From NCBI GenBank assembly GCA_024636785.1, contig JAGXGK010000017.1:42284-106283 (forward strand): a stretch of 64,000 nucleotides of DNA. The letters are read 5' to 3'. The notes beneath the pieces are model-generated. The model was not told where the DNA came from. It did not search any database and was given only the letters and a program-made list of their open reading frames with translations. The position numbers and the translations under genes were made by a program. The stretch is from Gammaproteobacteria bacterium. Lineage in GTDB: Bacteria > Pseudomonadota > Gammaproteobacteria > SZUA-229. Below are positions 49,910 to 59,360 of this stretch, piece after piece (the stretch's first letter is position 1; the number at the start of each line of letters is the position of its first letter).

Positions 49910-50554
49910 ATGTTAAGAGAGACACCCACCCTTATTCGTGCCGTGCTGTTAGATTTTGGTGGCGTTATCGCCGAGGAAGGGTTTCAGCAGGGCTTGCGAG
50001 CGCTGGCTGAAGCGCAGCAGCTTGATCCCGATGAAATCATTAATGAGGGCCGTGAAGCGGTACACGATTGCGGTTATGTCACAGGCTCGGGTACTGAAGC
50101 TGATTTCTGGACATTGCTGCGCGAACGTACCGGTCTCATCGGTGAAGACAAGGAGCTGAGTCAGGCGATTCTGGATCGATTCATTGTGCGCCAGTGGATG
50201 ATCGAACAGGTGGCGCACCTGCGAAATTCCGGACTCACTGTCGCAATATTAAGCGACCAGACCGACTGGCTGGATTATCTGGACCAGCAGTTACATTTCA
50301 GCCCGGCTTTCGACCGGGTGTTCAACAGCTTCCATATGGGCAAGAGTAAACGTGATGCCACTGTGTTTGATGATGCTGTACAAATGCTGGGCGTACAGCC
50401 CGGTGAAGCCCTGTTTGTTGACGACGACGCCGGACACGTCGAACGCGCTCAAGAACGCGGATTGTACGCGATTCATTTTACTGAGCGTGACGTATTCGAA
50501 GCACAATTACTGTCACTGACAGGTGAGTCGACGGTAACCGAACAATCTGAATAA
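49910..50554 (+). CDS. HAD-superfamily hydrolase
   Basis: Motif I VLLDFGGVI and motif IV FVDDD. Confidence 0.75.
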   Translation: MLRETPTLIRAVLLDFGGVIAEEGFQQGLRALAEAQQLDPDEIINEGREAVHDCGYVTGSGTEADFWTLLRERTGLIGEDKELSQAILDRFIVRQWMIEQVAHLRNSGLTVAILSDQTDWLDYLDQQLHFSPAFDRVFNSFHMGKSKRDATVFDDAVQMLGVQPGEALFVDDDAGHVERAQERGLYAIHFTERDVFEAQLLSLTGESTVTEQSE

Positions 50555-50931
50555 ATTACGCTTATCGAAACGCTGTCTGTCATTGCACTAAGGTTTTTTC
50601 GGCTTTCTGTGGTAGATAAATATTCCACGAAATCACGTAAGGTGCTGTAGATTGATTTGATCAGTGGGATACGTTCAATTAAATTTTCGCCAAACTGAAA
50701 CAGATTTCGCACCAGCCAGGCATTAACCATCAGTCCGATAAAAAACAACAATACGAGTCCGACTATAACGCCCATACCGGACCAGTAAAATCTCTCTGGA
50801 ATTACCGAGGTAATCACGGGCTGAAGCACTCTTTCCAGTGAAACCCCAAACCAGTAAACCAAATAAATGGTCACAGCGACGGGCAGCACTGCTGCCAGTA
50901 CTTTCAGCAATATATTAGTTAAATAGCGCAT
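50473..50931 (-). pseudogene. DUF502-family membrane protein, apparently C-terminally truncated
   Basis: N-terminal TM helices + LIERIPLIKSIYSTLRDF region are present. The conserved C-terminal region is absent, and the 3' 82 nt run antisense into the HAD gene. Confidence 0.5.
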
Positions 50932-51040
50932 TAATACTCCCCTCTGGACTTTGCCAGATAACACTTTACTTGAATTAAAAGCGGATCAGAGCGACCATAG
51001 CGTCATCATATTTATTGACTGATTAGCTGAGACTCTCCTA

Positions 51041-52009
51041 ATGCCCAAAAACTATTTTAGCAGACGCCGCTTTCTGAACCTGCTCGCGTCATCCATGCCT
51101 GCTTCCTTGCTATGGTCCACAGGCCAGGCGGCTCAACAACGTAATGCCGGTGACAACAACGATAAAAAAGCCACCCATAGCGCACCTGTCATCGGTGTCG
51201 CTCTGGGTGCCGGTGGCGCTAATGGTCTCGCACACATACTGATGCTGGAGGCGCTGGATGAAATGGGCATCGTACCGCAACGCATCTCCGGGTCAAGCAT
51301 TGGAGCCATCATTGGCGCACTGTATGCCGGTGGCCAGAGCGGAAATGAAATCCGGAAATTAATTGAACAATTCATTATTTCTCCTAACGAAGAGCTGATT
51401 GATGAATTCAGTAACCAGGACACCTTTCGCTGGCTCGATTTTATCGACGTTGAGTTTGGTAAAGGCGGTCTTTTAAATAGCAGAGGCTTTATCTCGTTTT
51501 TATACGACAAAATTAAGCAGGAAAAATTTTCACAATTGAAAATCCCTCTCAAAGTTGTTGCCGGTGACCTGTGGAAACGCGAACAAATCGTGTTGCAATC
51601 GGGTAATCTGCTTCCGGCTATTGAAGCGAGCATGGCACTACCCGGAATATTCCAGCCGGTACTTGTCAATGAACGCGTACTAGTTGACGGTGGCACAGTA
51701 AACCCGGTTCCCTACGACCTGCTCATGGACGAATGTGACATCGTTATCGCTATCGATGTCGACGGTGTTCGCACAAAACCAGAAAATCTAATACCCGGTT
51801 ATTTAGATACCGTATTTAATTCAATCAAGGTTATGCAACGATCCATAATGACTGAAAAATTGCAGCAACGAAGACCGCATATATATATTTCTCCGCAAAT
51901 TGTTGATGTTCGCGCACTTGAGTTTTATCGGACTGATGAGATCTTCAAACAGGCACTTCCTGCCAAAGAAGACTTAAAGATACAGCTTAAAAAGTTACTG
52001 AAAGCTTGA
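51041..52009 (+). CDS. Patatin-like phospholipase with Tat/Sec-type signal
   Basis: GxGxxG-like GAGGANGLAH oxyanion motif, GSSIG serine lipase motif (GxSxG) and DGG dyad. N-terminal RRRFLNLL. Confidence 0.8.
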   Translation: MPKNYFSRRRFLNLLASSMPASLLWSTGQAAQQRNAGDNNDKKATHSAPVIGVALGAGGANGLAHILMLEALDEMGIVPQRISGSSIGAIIGALYAGGQSGNEIRKLIEQFIISPNEELIDEFSNQDTFRWLDFIDVEFGKGGLLNSRGFISFLYDKIKQEKFSQLKIPLKVVAGDLWKREQIVLQSGNLLPAIEASMALPGIFQPVLVNERVLVDGGTVNPVPYDLLMDECDIVIAIDVDGVRTKPENLIPGYLDTVFNSIKVMQRSIMTEKLQQRRPHIYISPQIVDVRALEFYRTDEIFKQALPAKEDLKIQLKKLLKA

Positions 52010-52030
52010 ATAAAGTTAATCGGCTATGCA

Positions 52031-52044
52031 TTGATATTTTTCAA
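52031..52044. promoter_or_regulatory. FNR/FixK-type box TTGAT-ATTT-TTCAA
   Basis: Lies in a 375-bp non-coding stretch between the patatin gene and the DUF2892 gene. Confidence 0.4.
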
Positions 52045-52383
52045 TGCCGACAGGTGTAAACGTGTACAGACTCAGACAATGCTTTCTTTTGAAATCAATC
52101 TGTTGTTTTCAATAACGCAAAGGAATAAACCCTTAACAAGAGCCGGGAGATTATCACAGAACCCGAAATAATTGCGCGAAAGGATGAAGAGACAATGCTT
52201 TTTTGCCTGCAAATTCCTGGCGGCGACAGTAATCACTGATCGGATTTTATCCAACCAGCAACTCAAATGAAAAGACGGATACTTTATTTATTTTAATAAA
52301 GCGTGCACTGACAAGGACAGAAATGAATTTGACATGCCTTATGGCAGACATCTAAACATACATCTTAATGAGGAGAAAAACCA

Positions 52384-52602
52384 ATGAAATGTAACGTAGG
52401 CGGAATAGACATGGCTGCGCGTCTGATTATCGGCGCAGTTTTATTAATCGCAGCATTCACGGTAACAATGAGCTCGCTATGGCAGACAGTAATCCTGGTG
52501 ATTGCAGCTATCGCACTGGTCTCAGGTATAATTCGTTTTTGCCCGCTTAATGCATTATTGGGCTTCAATACCTGTACTGCCAAAAAACAGACCTTCGAGT
52601 AA
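52384..52602 (+). CDS. DUF2892 (YgaP C-terminal-like) small membrane protein
   Basis: 72 aa, two TM helices, conserved RFCPLN motif. Confidence 0.5.
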   Translation: MKCNVGGIDMAARLIIGAVLLIAAFTVTMSSLWQTVILVIAAIALVSGIIRFCPLNALLGFNTCTAKKQTFE

Positions 52603-52770
52603 GTCGACTGATACGTTTTTAAAAGCCCCCTCACCCCAACCCTCTCCTGAAAGGTGAGGGAGTAGTGCATGCAGTCCTGCAAGTTCAGCCTGAGAATTAA
52701 AGCTTTTGCGGCCAACTACCAACTCACTTTTCACTCCACAAATGAACGCAGATTAGAACAAATCTTTGAT

Positions 52771-52861
52771 CCGCGAAAAACGCCAAGGACGCGAAAAAAA
52801 CCGTTTGTATTACTGTTTTTATCCTTTTCGCGTGTTTGGCGTCATTCGCGGACTTTATTTT
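52771..52861. repeat. REP-like palindrome (CCGCGAAAAACGCCAAGGACGCGAAAAAAA ... TTTTCGCGTGTTTGGCGTCATTCGCGG)
   Basis: Arms about 80% complementary. Family member of 28346-28420. Confidence 0.5.
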
Positions 52862-52916
52862 TTGACTTCATCTATGTTCATCTGTAGACTGAATATTTGC
52901 ACTGCCTATGTATAAA

Positions 52917-53627
52917 TTAATATCCTGCCACTCTCTGTAACACCTGTGTGTCAAGCTGATATAATTCCGGAGTCAGTCCGTTATTCATTCTGTGCAGGAC
53001 ATCGTCGCGTTTGAACTCTGCAAGAATTCGACTCACGCTTTCGGGCGTAACACCGAGGATATCGGCCATTTCATGCACGGTTAAAAGATCAACCAGAGCT
53101 GATGATTCACCATATTCAATCTCCGAAAGAAAATTAATGAGGCGTGCAACTCGAGGTTTTATCGCTCCGGTGGAAAACTCAGAGATCCACATATCCGCCT
53201 GACAGAGGCATTCATACAGCTTCTCGATAAACTGGAAATAATGCTGTGGATCGTGATGTTTCAAAGCATGAAAACGGCTTACCGGAATACTGTACATTTC
53301 CACCTCACCGATAGCAATGGCAGTATGTTCACAGGGCTGATTCAATAATCCACCCAGACCAATCCAGGCCCCCTTGCCATGTAGCCGCACAATTCTCGCT
53401 CTACCATTAGGCAGGTGGCTTAGCAATTTGACCAGACCATTACGTATAATATACACCGTATCTGAGCGATCACTTTCGCAATAGATGATTTCCTTGGCCG
53501 CAAGTAATTTCTGTTTACAGGGCCCTATCAGGCCGGGAAGCTCGAATGCGCCTAAAGCATGCTCAGTGGGGATTGTTTCAAGCCATTGCTTCTGGTTAGT
53601 GCTCTCTATGGATTCAAACTTTAACAT
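52917..53627 (-). CDS. fixK: Crp/Fnr-family transcriptional regulator, FixK-type (no N-terminal Fe-S cysteine cluster)
   Basis: cNMP-binding beta-roll and C-terminal HTH (ETVHEMADILGVTPESVSRIL). Lacks the FNR Cys cluster. Confidence 0.8.
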   Translation of the reverse strand: MLKFESIESTNQKQWLETIPTEHALGAFELPGLIGPCKQKLLAAKEIIYCESDRSDTVYIIRNGLVKLLSHLPNGRARIVRLHGKGAWIGLGGLLNQPCEHTAIAIGEVEMYSIPVSRFHALKHHDPQHYFQFIEKLYECLCQADMWISEFSTGAIKPRVARLINFLSEIEYGESSALVDLLTVHEMADILGVTPESVSRILAEFKRDDVLHRMNNGLTPELYQLDTQVLQRVAGY

Positions 53628-53685
53628 TGGATCATTTCCTGCACATTAATATTTAGCCCGGATCAACCGAACACATTCATCTGCA

Positions 53686-53874
53686 TCAAATTGCATTCTT
53701 TTCCTGTTCGGCAGCTAGCCAGTCCTCCAGCTCATATCCCGGCTCAAACCCACGATCATGTGCACGATAGTAAGCTGCTATAGCAATGTCTGATTCCCGC
53801 GCCTCATCACTATATACAGGCGGTAGAATATCCTGAGTTACTTTATTGGGTAGCTGCGTCTTGTTCTTAGACAT
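53686..53874 (-). CDS. DUF2934 family small protein
   Basis: IAIAAYYRAHDRGFEPGYELEDWLAAE motif. Confidence 0.5.
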   Translation of the reverse strand: MSKNKTQLPNKVTQDILPPVYSDEARESDIAIAAYYRAHDRGFEPGYELEDWLAAEQEKNAI

Positions 53875-54053
53875 TTGATAACCTCTAGTTTTAAACTCTA
53901 TTTGTAATGTTTTCCGAAAACGGACTTAAAAACTTAACATCTAAATGAAATTAAGTGGCAACATAAATACACTTTAACGACCTTATCAACGACAAGATAT
54001 TGGTACTGATACTAAGTAGAGATACGTAGAAAACAACGATATAATCAGGCAAA

Positions 54054-54659
54054 TCAGATTTTGCAAAGACCGGCCACGCTGACCAGCTCAGCAATATTAG
54101 ATACCCCCATTTTATGCATGACATGGATGCGATGAACTTCAACCGTACGCGGACTCAGTTGCAGTTTATGAGCAATTTCCTTGTTAAGCAATCCGGACAC
54201 GACCAGCACCATCACCTCGCGCTCCCGCGGGCTGAGTCGGCTATAGGATTGTCGGCTGGCTTGTATGTGAAGCTGCATTTCGCGACGCCCCTCATCATTC
54301 ATCAGTGCGCGTTGCAGTCGTTTAATCAGTTTAGCCCCCGATATCGGCTTTTCCAGAAAATCTATCGCCCCGAGCTGCATGGCACGCACTGCCATGGAGA
54401 TGTCACCGTAACCGCTTAGAAAAATAACGGGTATTTGCAGCCCGCGTTCATTCATTGTTGTCAGCACCTCATGGCCGTTCATCCCCGGCATGGCCATATC
54501 CAGTAACACACAGCCGGGGTTTTGATACTCACAGGCCTGTAGAAAAGTACTGCCATCTGCGAATACTTCTGTATTCATGCCATTATTTTCCAGCAACAAT
54601 GACAATGCATCACGCATGGCGGCATCATCATCGACGATAAAAACATCATGAATCATCAC
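54054..54659 (-). CDS. fixJ: FixJ/NarL-family response regulator (REC + LuxR HTH)
   Basis: VFIVDDDAAMRDAL receiver; LSPREREVMVLVVSGLLNKEIA HTH. ATGA overlap with the upstream kinase gene. Confidence 0.88.
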   Translation of the reverse strand: MMIHDVFIVDDDAAMRDALSLLLENNGMNTEVFADGSTFLQACEYQNPGCVLLDMAMPGMNGHEVLTTMNERGLQIPVIFLSGYGDISMAVRAMQLGAIDFLEKPISGAKLIKRLQRALMNDEGRREMQLHIQASRQSYSRLSPREREVMVLVVSGLLNKEIAHKLQLSPRTVEVHRIHVMHKMGVSNIAELVSVAGLCKI

Positions 54660-55930
54660 GCCGGCAATAACCAGAAGTGAACTATGCCACCGGGAACACT
54701 CGGTTCAATCCAGAGACGACCGCCATGTGCCTCAATCAGACTGTGGCTGATCAGCAACCCCACGCCCAGGCCATGTTCTTTAGTGCTGGCTGATGGCTCG
54801 AAAATTGCGCTTGCTTTCTCGGCGTCAATGCCCGGGCCGCTATCGAAGACACTAACAAGAACCCGGTTTTTCCGCCGACGTGTTGTCACTGTTATCTTCC
54901 CTTCCGGCATTGCCGTGTCCTGTATCGCCTCAATGGCGTTGCGCAATAAATTTGACAGTACCTGATCTATATGAACGTCATCAGCTATTACTTCCGGTAT
55001 GCTTTTATCAACGTTTGTCTCTATTTCAATGCCATTTTTGCGCGCGCCGGTTGCCATTACCATAGCCGTGCGTTCGACAACTGCATTTAAATCAAGGGGG
55101 ACAAGTGTGATCACGCCCCTGCTTATAAATGCACGCAGACGGCGGATAATCTTTCCAGCACGTTCCGACTGCTCGCTAACCTGCTTCAGCACTGTATTCA
55201 GCTGAGTCGTCGCCGACGGTGACTCCATCAGCAGCTGCTGACTACTCTCGACGAACATGGTGATGGCAGCCAACGGCTGATTGAGTTCATGCGCAAGCAG
55301 TGTCGTGAGTTCGTTAGCCGGTTGTAACCTTTGCAGACGTGAGGCTATTTCAAGTTGCTTACGCGCATCCAGCTCAGCGCGACGCTGTAGGGTAATATCA
55401 ATACCCGTCATAATGAAATAGAGCGCTTTATCGTTAGCGTCTTTCAAAACCGTTGTTGTCCAGCTGAGATTTCTTTTAGATCCATCTGCATTTAACCAGT
55501 GATTTTCATGAGCTATTGCTTGTTCATCGTCTCTTAGGCGATCAAAAACGCTTTCGGTTAACGCTCTATCTTCAGTAGATACCAGTTTCCACCAATGTGT
55601 AGTACCGATAAATTTCTCAAAATCATGACCTGTAATCGCTTCACAGGACTTGCTGAAGCGAATCAGACGTTGATCGGCATCTATAACAACAATCGGTGTT
55701 GCTGCAATATCCATAATCGCATCGTTGAATTGGCGCTGCTGCTGAAGCTGCTGATTACGCGCAGCGACATGCTGTTTAAGGTTAGTGAGATCATTGCGTA
55801 AACAAGCGTTTGTATTATTTAATGCAAGATTTATAGAATGCGCCTTCTCCATAATAATTTCCGGAGAATTATTACTCGGCTGGGTCAGTCGCACTTCTTT
55901 AGTCATGTAAATAACCTCAAATTTTATCAA
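54656..55930 (-). CDS. fixL: PAS-domain sensor histidine kinase (FixL-like)
   Basis: PAS (IMDIAATPIVVIDADQRLIRFSKSCEAITG), H-box LAHELNQPLAAI, HATPase_c G-boxes. Alternative start at 55906. Confidence 0.8.
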   Translation of the reverse strand: MIKFEVIYMTKEVRLTQPSNNSPEIIMEKAHSINLALNNTNACLRNDLTNLKQHVAARNQQLQQQRQFNDAIMDIAATPIVVIDADQRLIRFSKSCEAITGHDFEKFIGTTHWWKLVSTEDRALTESVFDRLRDDEQAIAHENHWLNADGSKRNLSWTTTVLKDANDKALYFIMTGIDITLQRRAELDARKQLEIASRLQRLQPANELTTLLAHELNQPLAAITMFVESSQQLLMESPSATTQLNTVLKQVSEQSERAGKIIRRLRAFISRGVITLVPLDLNAVVERTAMVMATGARKNGIEIETNVDKSIPEVIADDVHIDQVLSNLLRNAIEAIQDTAMPEGKITVTTRRRKNRVLVSVFDSGPGIDAEKASAIFEPSASTKEHGLGVGLLISHSLIEAHGGRLWIEPSVPGGIVHFWLLPA

Positions 55931-55992
55931 CGATTACAAATAACCGGAAAAGATACTCTCTAACTTTACTGATTTATAAGTAATTTACAAAA

Positions 55993-56006
55993 TTAACAAA
56001 AATCAA
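55993..56006. promoter_or_regulatory. FNR/FixK-type box TTAAC-AAAA-ATCAA (weaker left half-site)
   Basis: Centre about 70 bp upstream of the fixL start. Confidence 0.35.
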
Positions 56007-56260
56007 TGACATTAAAATGAAAATGTTTTTTATCCAGTTAGTTTCATCATACAGACTGAACCGGTATTAATTGCATATAGATAACACAGGATATATCTGT
56101 GAAGTATATACGTAAAATAACCTTATTCAAAAAGGACTTAATAACTATACAGTTATTACTGTATTGAAAAAACGCAATGCAGTTTCAAGCGTTACTCACT
56201 AACATGATACTAATTCCTGATGTTTTTTAACCATGTAAGCATGCTAATTATTAATAATTA

Positions 56261-56785
56261 ATGAAGTCTGTTATGAAAAAAGAATCTCATCCATACAAGG
56301 TGGCGGCAATATATCCGGATCTCGAAGAAGCTGAGGCGATCGTAATGGTGCTGGTGGATTCAAAGATTGATGATATTGACATTGTACAGCTCGCACCGGG
56401 CGCGAAAGATACCGGACTGGCGATCGAGCAGGAAACAGAAGCCATACGTGACACAGTAGCCAGAGATGCCGGCATAGGTAGTATTGCCGGCAATGCTGCG
56501 GGTGCAGCAGCAGGTGGAACAGCTGCACTTGTGGCATCATCGCTTTTTATCAGTGCGCCTATTGTAGGCCCTCTGGTCATACTCGGGTACGGCACTCTCA
56601 TCGGCGGCATCGTCGGGGCAATACGAGGACTGAGAATACGCGAAGGCCAGTTAGCAGGTCTGGTCAAAGACGCATTGGATGCCGGCTATTATGCGGTGGT
56701 TGTACATGCGGCAGACGAACAGGGCCGAGATCGATCACAGGAATTAATCAATCTCAGCATGGCCGAAAAGACGGCACATACCTGA
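56261..56785 (+). CDS. Glycine-zipper stress-protein-like membrane-associated protein (YflT/DUF1269-like is a guess)
   Basis: Central Gly/Ala-rich segment GNAAGAAAGGTAALVASSLFISAPIVGPLVILGYGTLIGGIVGAI flanked by acidic soluble regions. Confidence 0.4.
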   Translation: MKSVMKKESHPYKVAAIYPDLEEAEAIVMVLVDSKIDDIDIVQLAPGAKDTGLAIEQETEAIRDTVARDAGIGSIAGNAAGAAAGGTAALVASSLFISAPIVGPLVILGYGTLIGGIVGAIRGLRIREGQLAGLVKDALDAGYYAVVVHAADEQGRDRSQELINLSMAEKTAHT

Positions 56786-56888
56786 GAACTGTCATATTCG
56801 AAGTAATCATCTGTCAACTATTTGTCAATACTCAATTCAGCTTATTGTTCAATCCGGTTTCTCTAGAATCCTTTCCGGTAGCAGGTAG

Positions 56889-56919
56889 GTTGGGAAGAGG
56901 CGAACCCCAACAAATGCTG
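56889..56919. repeat. Hairpin repeat GTTGGG-N10-CCCCAACAAAT (copy 3)
   Basis: Shares the GAACCCCAACAAAT core with 11352 and 12535. Lies 3' of the 56261 CDS. Confidence 0.45.
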
Positions 56920-57060
56920 AGACACATAAAACACTGAAAGGACAGCTGGCAGTTGGCAATTAAATATATACGCGTTCTTGCATAATGATTTGATGAAAAC
57001 ATGCAGTACCACTTTAAAACCCTTGTCAGTAAGTTTTAAAGTAACAATGCATTCTGACTA

Positions 57061-57567
57061 TTACAATTTACTCAATGCCGACATCGCAGAATCATAATCG
57101 GGCTGTTGTGAAATTTCCGGCACCTGTTCAGTATAAAGAACCCTGTTGTTTTCATCGAGCACAACAACGGCACGTGCCGCGATACCCGCCAATGGACCAT
57201 CGGTAATTAAAACGCCGTAATCCTGAGCAAAGTTTCGGTTACGCATCATCGAAAGCATGGTCACATTCTCTATATTATTTTCCTGGACGAACCGGGCCTG
57301 AGCGAATGGAAGATCGGCAGAAACCACCAGCACTACGGAATCAGTAAGACCGGCAGCAAGCTCATTAAATTTATTAGTGGATGCAGCACATACACCGGTG
57401 TCAATACTGGGCACAATGTTGAGCAGCTTCTTTCGACCGTTATATTGATCAAGACTAACGTCGTTTAAATCTTTATCCACAAGAATAGCAGCAGGTGCAT
57501 CGTCACTAATTTTAGGCAGTTCACCATTGGTGTGAATGGGATTGCCTTCTAATGTTATATTCGCCAT
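57061..57567 (-). CDS. tpx: Thiol peroxidase
   Basis: MANITLEGNPI...SIDTGVCA (peroxidatic Cys). RBS GGAGA 7 nt before ATG 57567. Confidence 0.9.
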   Translation of the reverse strand: MANITLEGNPIHTNGELPKISDDAPAAILVDKDLNDVSLDQYNGRKKLLNIVPSIDTGVCAASTNKFNELAAGLTDSVVLVVSADLPFAQARFVQENNIENVTMLSMMRNRNFAQDYGVLITDGPLAGIAARAVVVLDENNRVLYTEQVPEISQQPDYDSAMSALSKL

Positions 57568-57641
57568 TAATATTCTCCGTAGATAGTTCGTGTCAATAAG
57601 CATCGGCTATTCATGATTAGATAACTAGTCGATGCATGAAA

Positions 57642-57657
57642 TTACAAAATATTGTAA
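57642..57657. promoter_or_regulatory. 16-bp near-palindrome TTACAAAATATTGTAA upstream of tpx
   Basis: Lies 75-90 bp upstream of the tpx ATG. A similar TTACAATTTGTAA sits at 26171-26183 upstream of ackA. Confidence 0.3.
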
Positions 57658-57697
57658 ATCAACAGATGGAACATATGTCCATGACCTAAGCATGCTT

Positions 57698-57930
57698 TTA
57701 ACCTGAATCCGTGGCTTAACCGCGGCGCCTGGCACATGCTCTTGATTGTTCACCACATCCATGTGGTTCACCCCTGCGGGGCTGACGCGCCAAATCGCTC
57801 CTGGCGATTTGGTCCACAGCGGATCAAAAAATGCCCGCTTAACCTATGGGTAAAGCTAAGATTTTTTGATCCGCTGTGAAACCAATATCTTGCACCATGC
57901 ATCCACGTTTAAACCACGGTTTCAGGTTTA
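57698..57930. mobile_element. MITE-like element, family 2 (TIR TTAACCTGAATCCGTGGCTTAACC / GGTTTAAACCACGGTTTCAGGTTTA) with internal palindrome
   Basis: About 24-bp TIRs. Internal inverted repeat CACAGCGGATCAAAAAAT..ATTTTTTGATCCGCTGTG. Related copy at 39344-39503. Confidence 0.55.
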
Positions 57931-58051
57931 AGATAGATCTCATTATGCACAGATGGTCAAAATAAACGATATTCAAGTGTCTGGCAGTCCGGCTTTTACA
58001 TGAACAAAACAACTGATGACAAATCAATATCTTGCGGTTTCTGCGACTGGC

Positions 58052-59317
58052 TTACCATAACATTAACCAGACTGTTATCAGCCCGCCAATGGCACTGGCC
58101 AGCAACGGCAAACCAACCTTTAAACCAATGTGGTGGCCGCCTACGAAAGCTGCCATGCCGCCTTTGACCAGAGAGTTGACGGCGGCGGCGATGGCGATGC
58201 CGGTGACAGTAATGTGCAACATCAATCCATCCTGACTCATGTGCGCCAGCGATAAGGTAATGGCGTCTACATCAGCGATGCCTGAGGCCGCAGCCAGTAC
58301 CAGCACACCGGCATCACCAAACCACTGTTGCAGGGCTTTGCTCAGCAACATCACTAGCGCCAGCAGCAGCCCGAACACCAGTGCCGTTTTCAGTTCCAGA
58401 GGGTTCTTTAGCGAGGACGCCGGATCGGTGTTTTTCCGCGACTGTGCGCGCAGGTAAAACAGCGTGGGCGAATAGCTGAAAAAGGCCATCACCGCCGCCG
58501 GCGCCACCAGCAGCTTGAACAGCTCGGGTTGAATGATGCTTGCGACCACTAGCATGCGTGGAAACATGGTGCCGCAAGCGAGCAGAATTCCCATCGCCAG
58601 AATCGGTTCGAGCGCTTTATTGCGATGCGACAGGCGTGAGAAATGTAGCGTCAGGGCGGTGGACGAAGCCAGACCGCCGAACAGGCCGGTGAAGATTATT
58701 CCCCGGCGTGCGCCGGCAATCTTGATGGCGAAATAACCCACGAAAGAGATCGCGGCGATCAGCACCACCATCCACCAGATGGTATAGGGATTAAGCACCT
58801 GCCAGGGGCCATAACCCTGATTGGGAAGGATGGGCAACAGCACCACCGAGATAAGCAGCAGCTTGATGGTAGCGCGTAACTCTTCGGCTTCCAGCACTCG
58901 CACCCAGCGGTGCAGCACCGGCTTGTAACTCAGCAACAATGTAGTAACGACGGCGAAAGCGGCGGCGATAGCCACCTCCCCCATGGCCGCTATCGCACCC
59001 AGTGTAAAAGTAAGCAGGCCTGCTATCAGACTGGTGATGCCTATATCATGTTCGCCGTTGCCCCGATTCACCACATAAGCGGTGGTCAATGCGCCAGTCA
59101 GTCCGACAAAGGCCAGACCCAGCGCCAGCACGCCGAACTCGGCAGCGAGCAGTGAAGCACCCCCACCGAGCAGGCCGATCAGGCCATAGGTGCGCACTCC
59201 GGCGATACGCTCGCCCTCTTTCGCTTCACGTGCTTTCCAGCCGCGTTCGGTGCCGATTAACAACCCGATGGCCAGTGACACGCTCAGGCAGTAGAAGGCG
59301 TATTGGGCTTCGCTCAT
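58052..59317 (-). CDS. MgtC-family + DUF4010 membrane protein
   Basis: N-terminal MgtC domain (LLIGTERGW...GVRTYGLIGLLG) and a C-terminal multi-TM DUF4010-like domain. Confidence 0.8.
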   Translation of the reverse strand: MSEAQYAFYCLSVSLAIGLLIGTERGWKAREAKEGERIAGVRTYGLIGLLGGGASLLAAEFGVLALGLAFVGLTGALTTAYVVNRGNGEHDIGITSLIAGLLTFTLGAIAAMGEVAIAAAFAVVTTLLLSYKPVLHRWVRVLEAEELRATIKLLLISVVLLPILPNQGYGPWQVLNPYTIWWMVVLIAAISFVGYFAIKIAGARRGIIFTGLFGGLASSTALTLHFSRLSHRNKALEPILAMGILLACGTMFPRMLVVASIIQPELFKLLVAPAAVMAFFSYSPTLFYLRAQSRKNTDPASSLKNPLELKTALVFGLLLALVMLLSKALQQWFGDAGVLVLAAASGIADVDAITLSLAHMSQDGLMLHITVTGIAIAAAVNSLVKGGMAAFVGGHHIGLKVGLPLLASAIGGLITVWLMLW

Positions 59318-59360
59318 ATTTTCATCATATCCTTAAATTCATTTTATGCTTGATGCTTGC

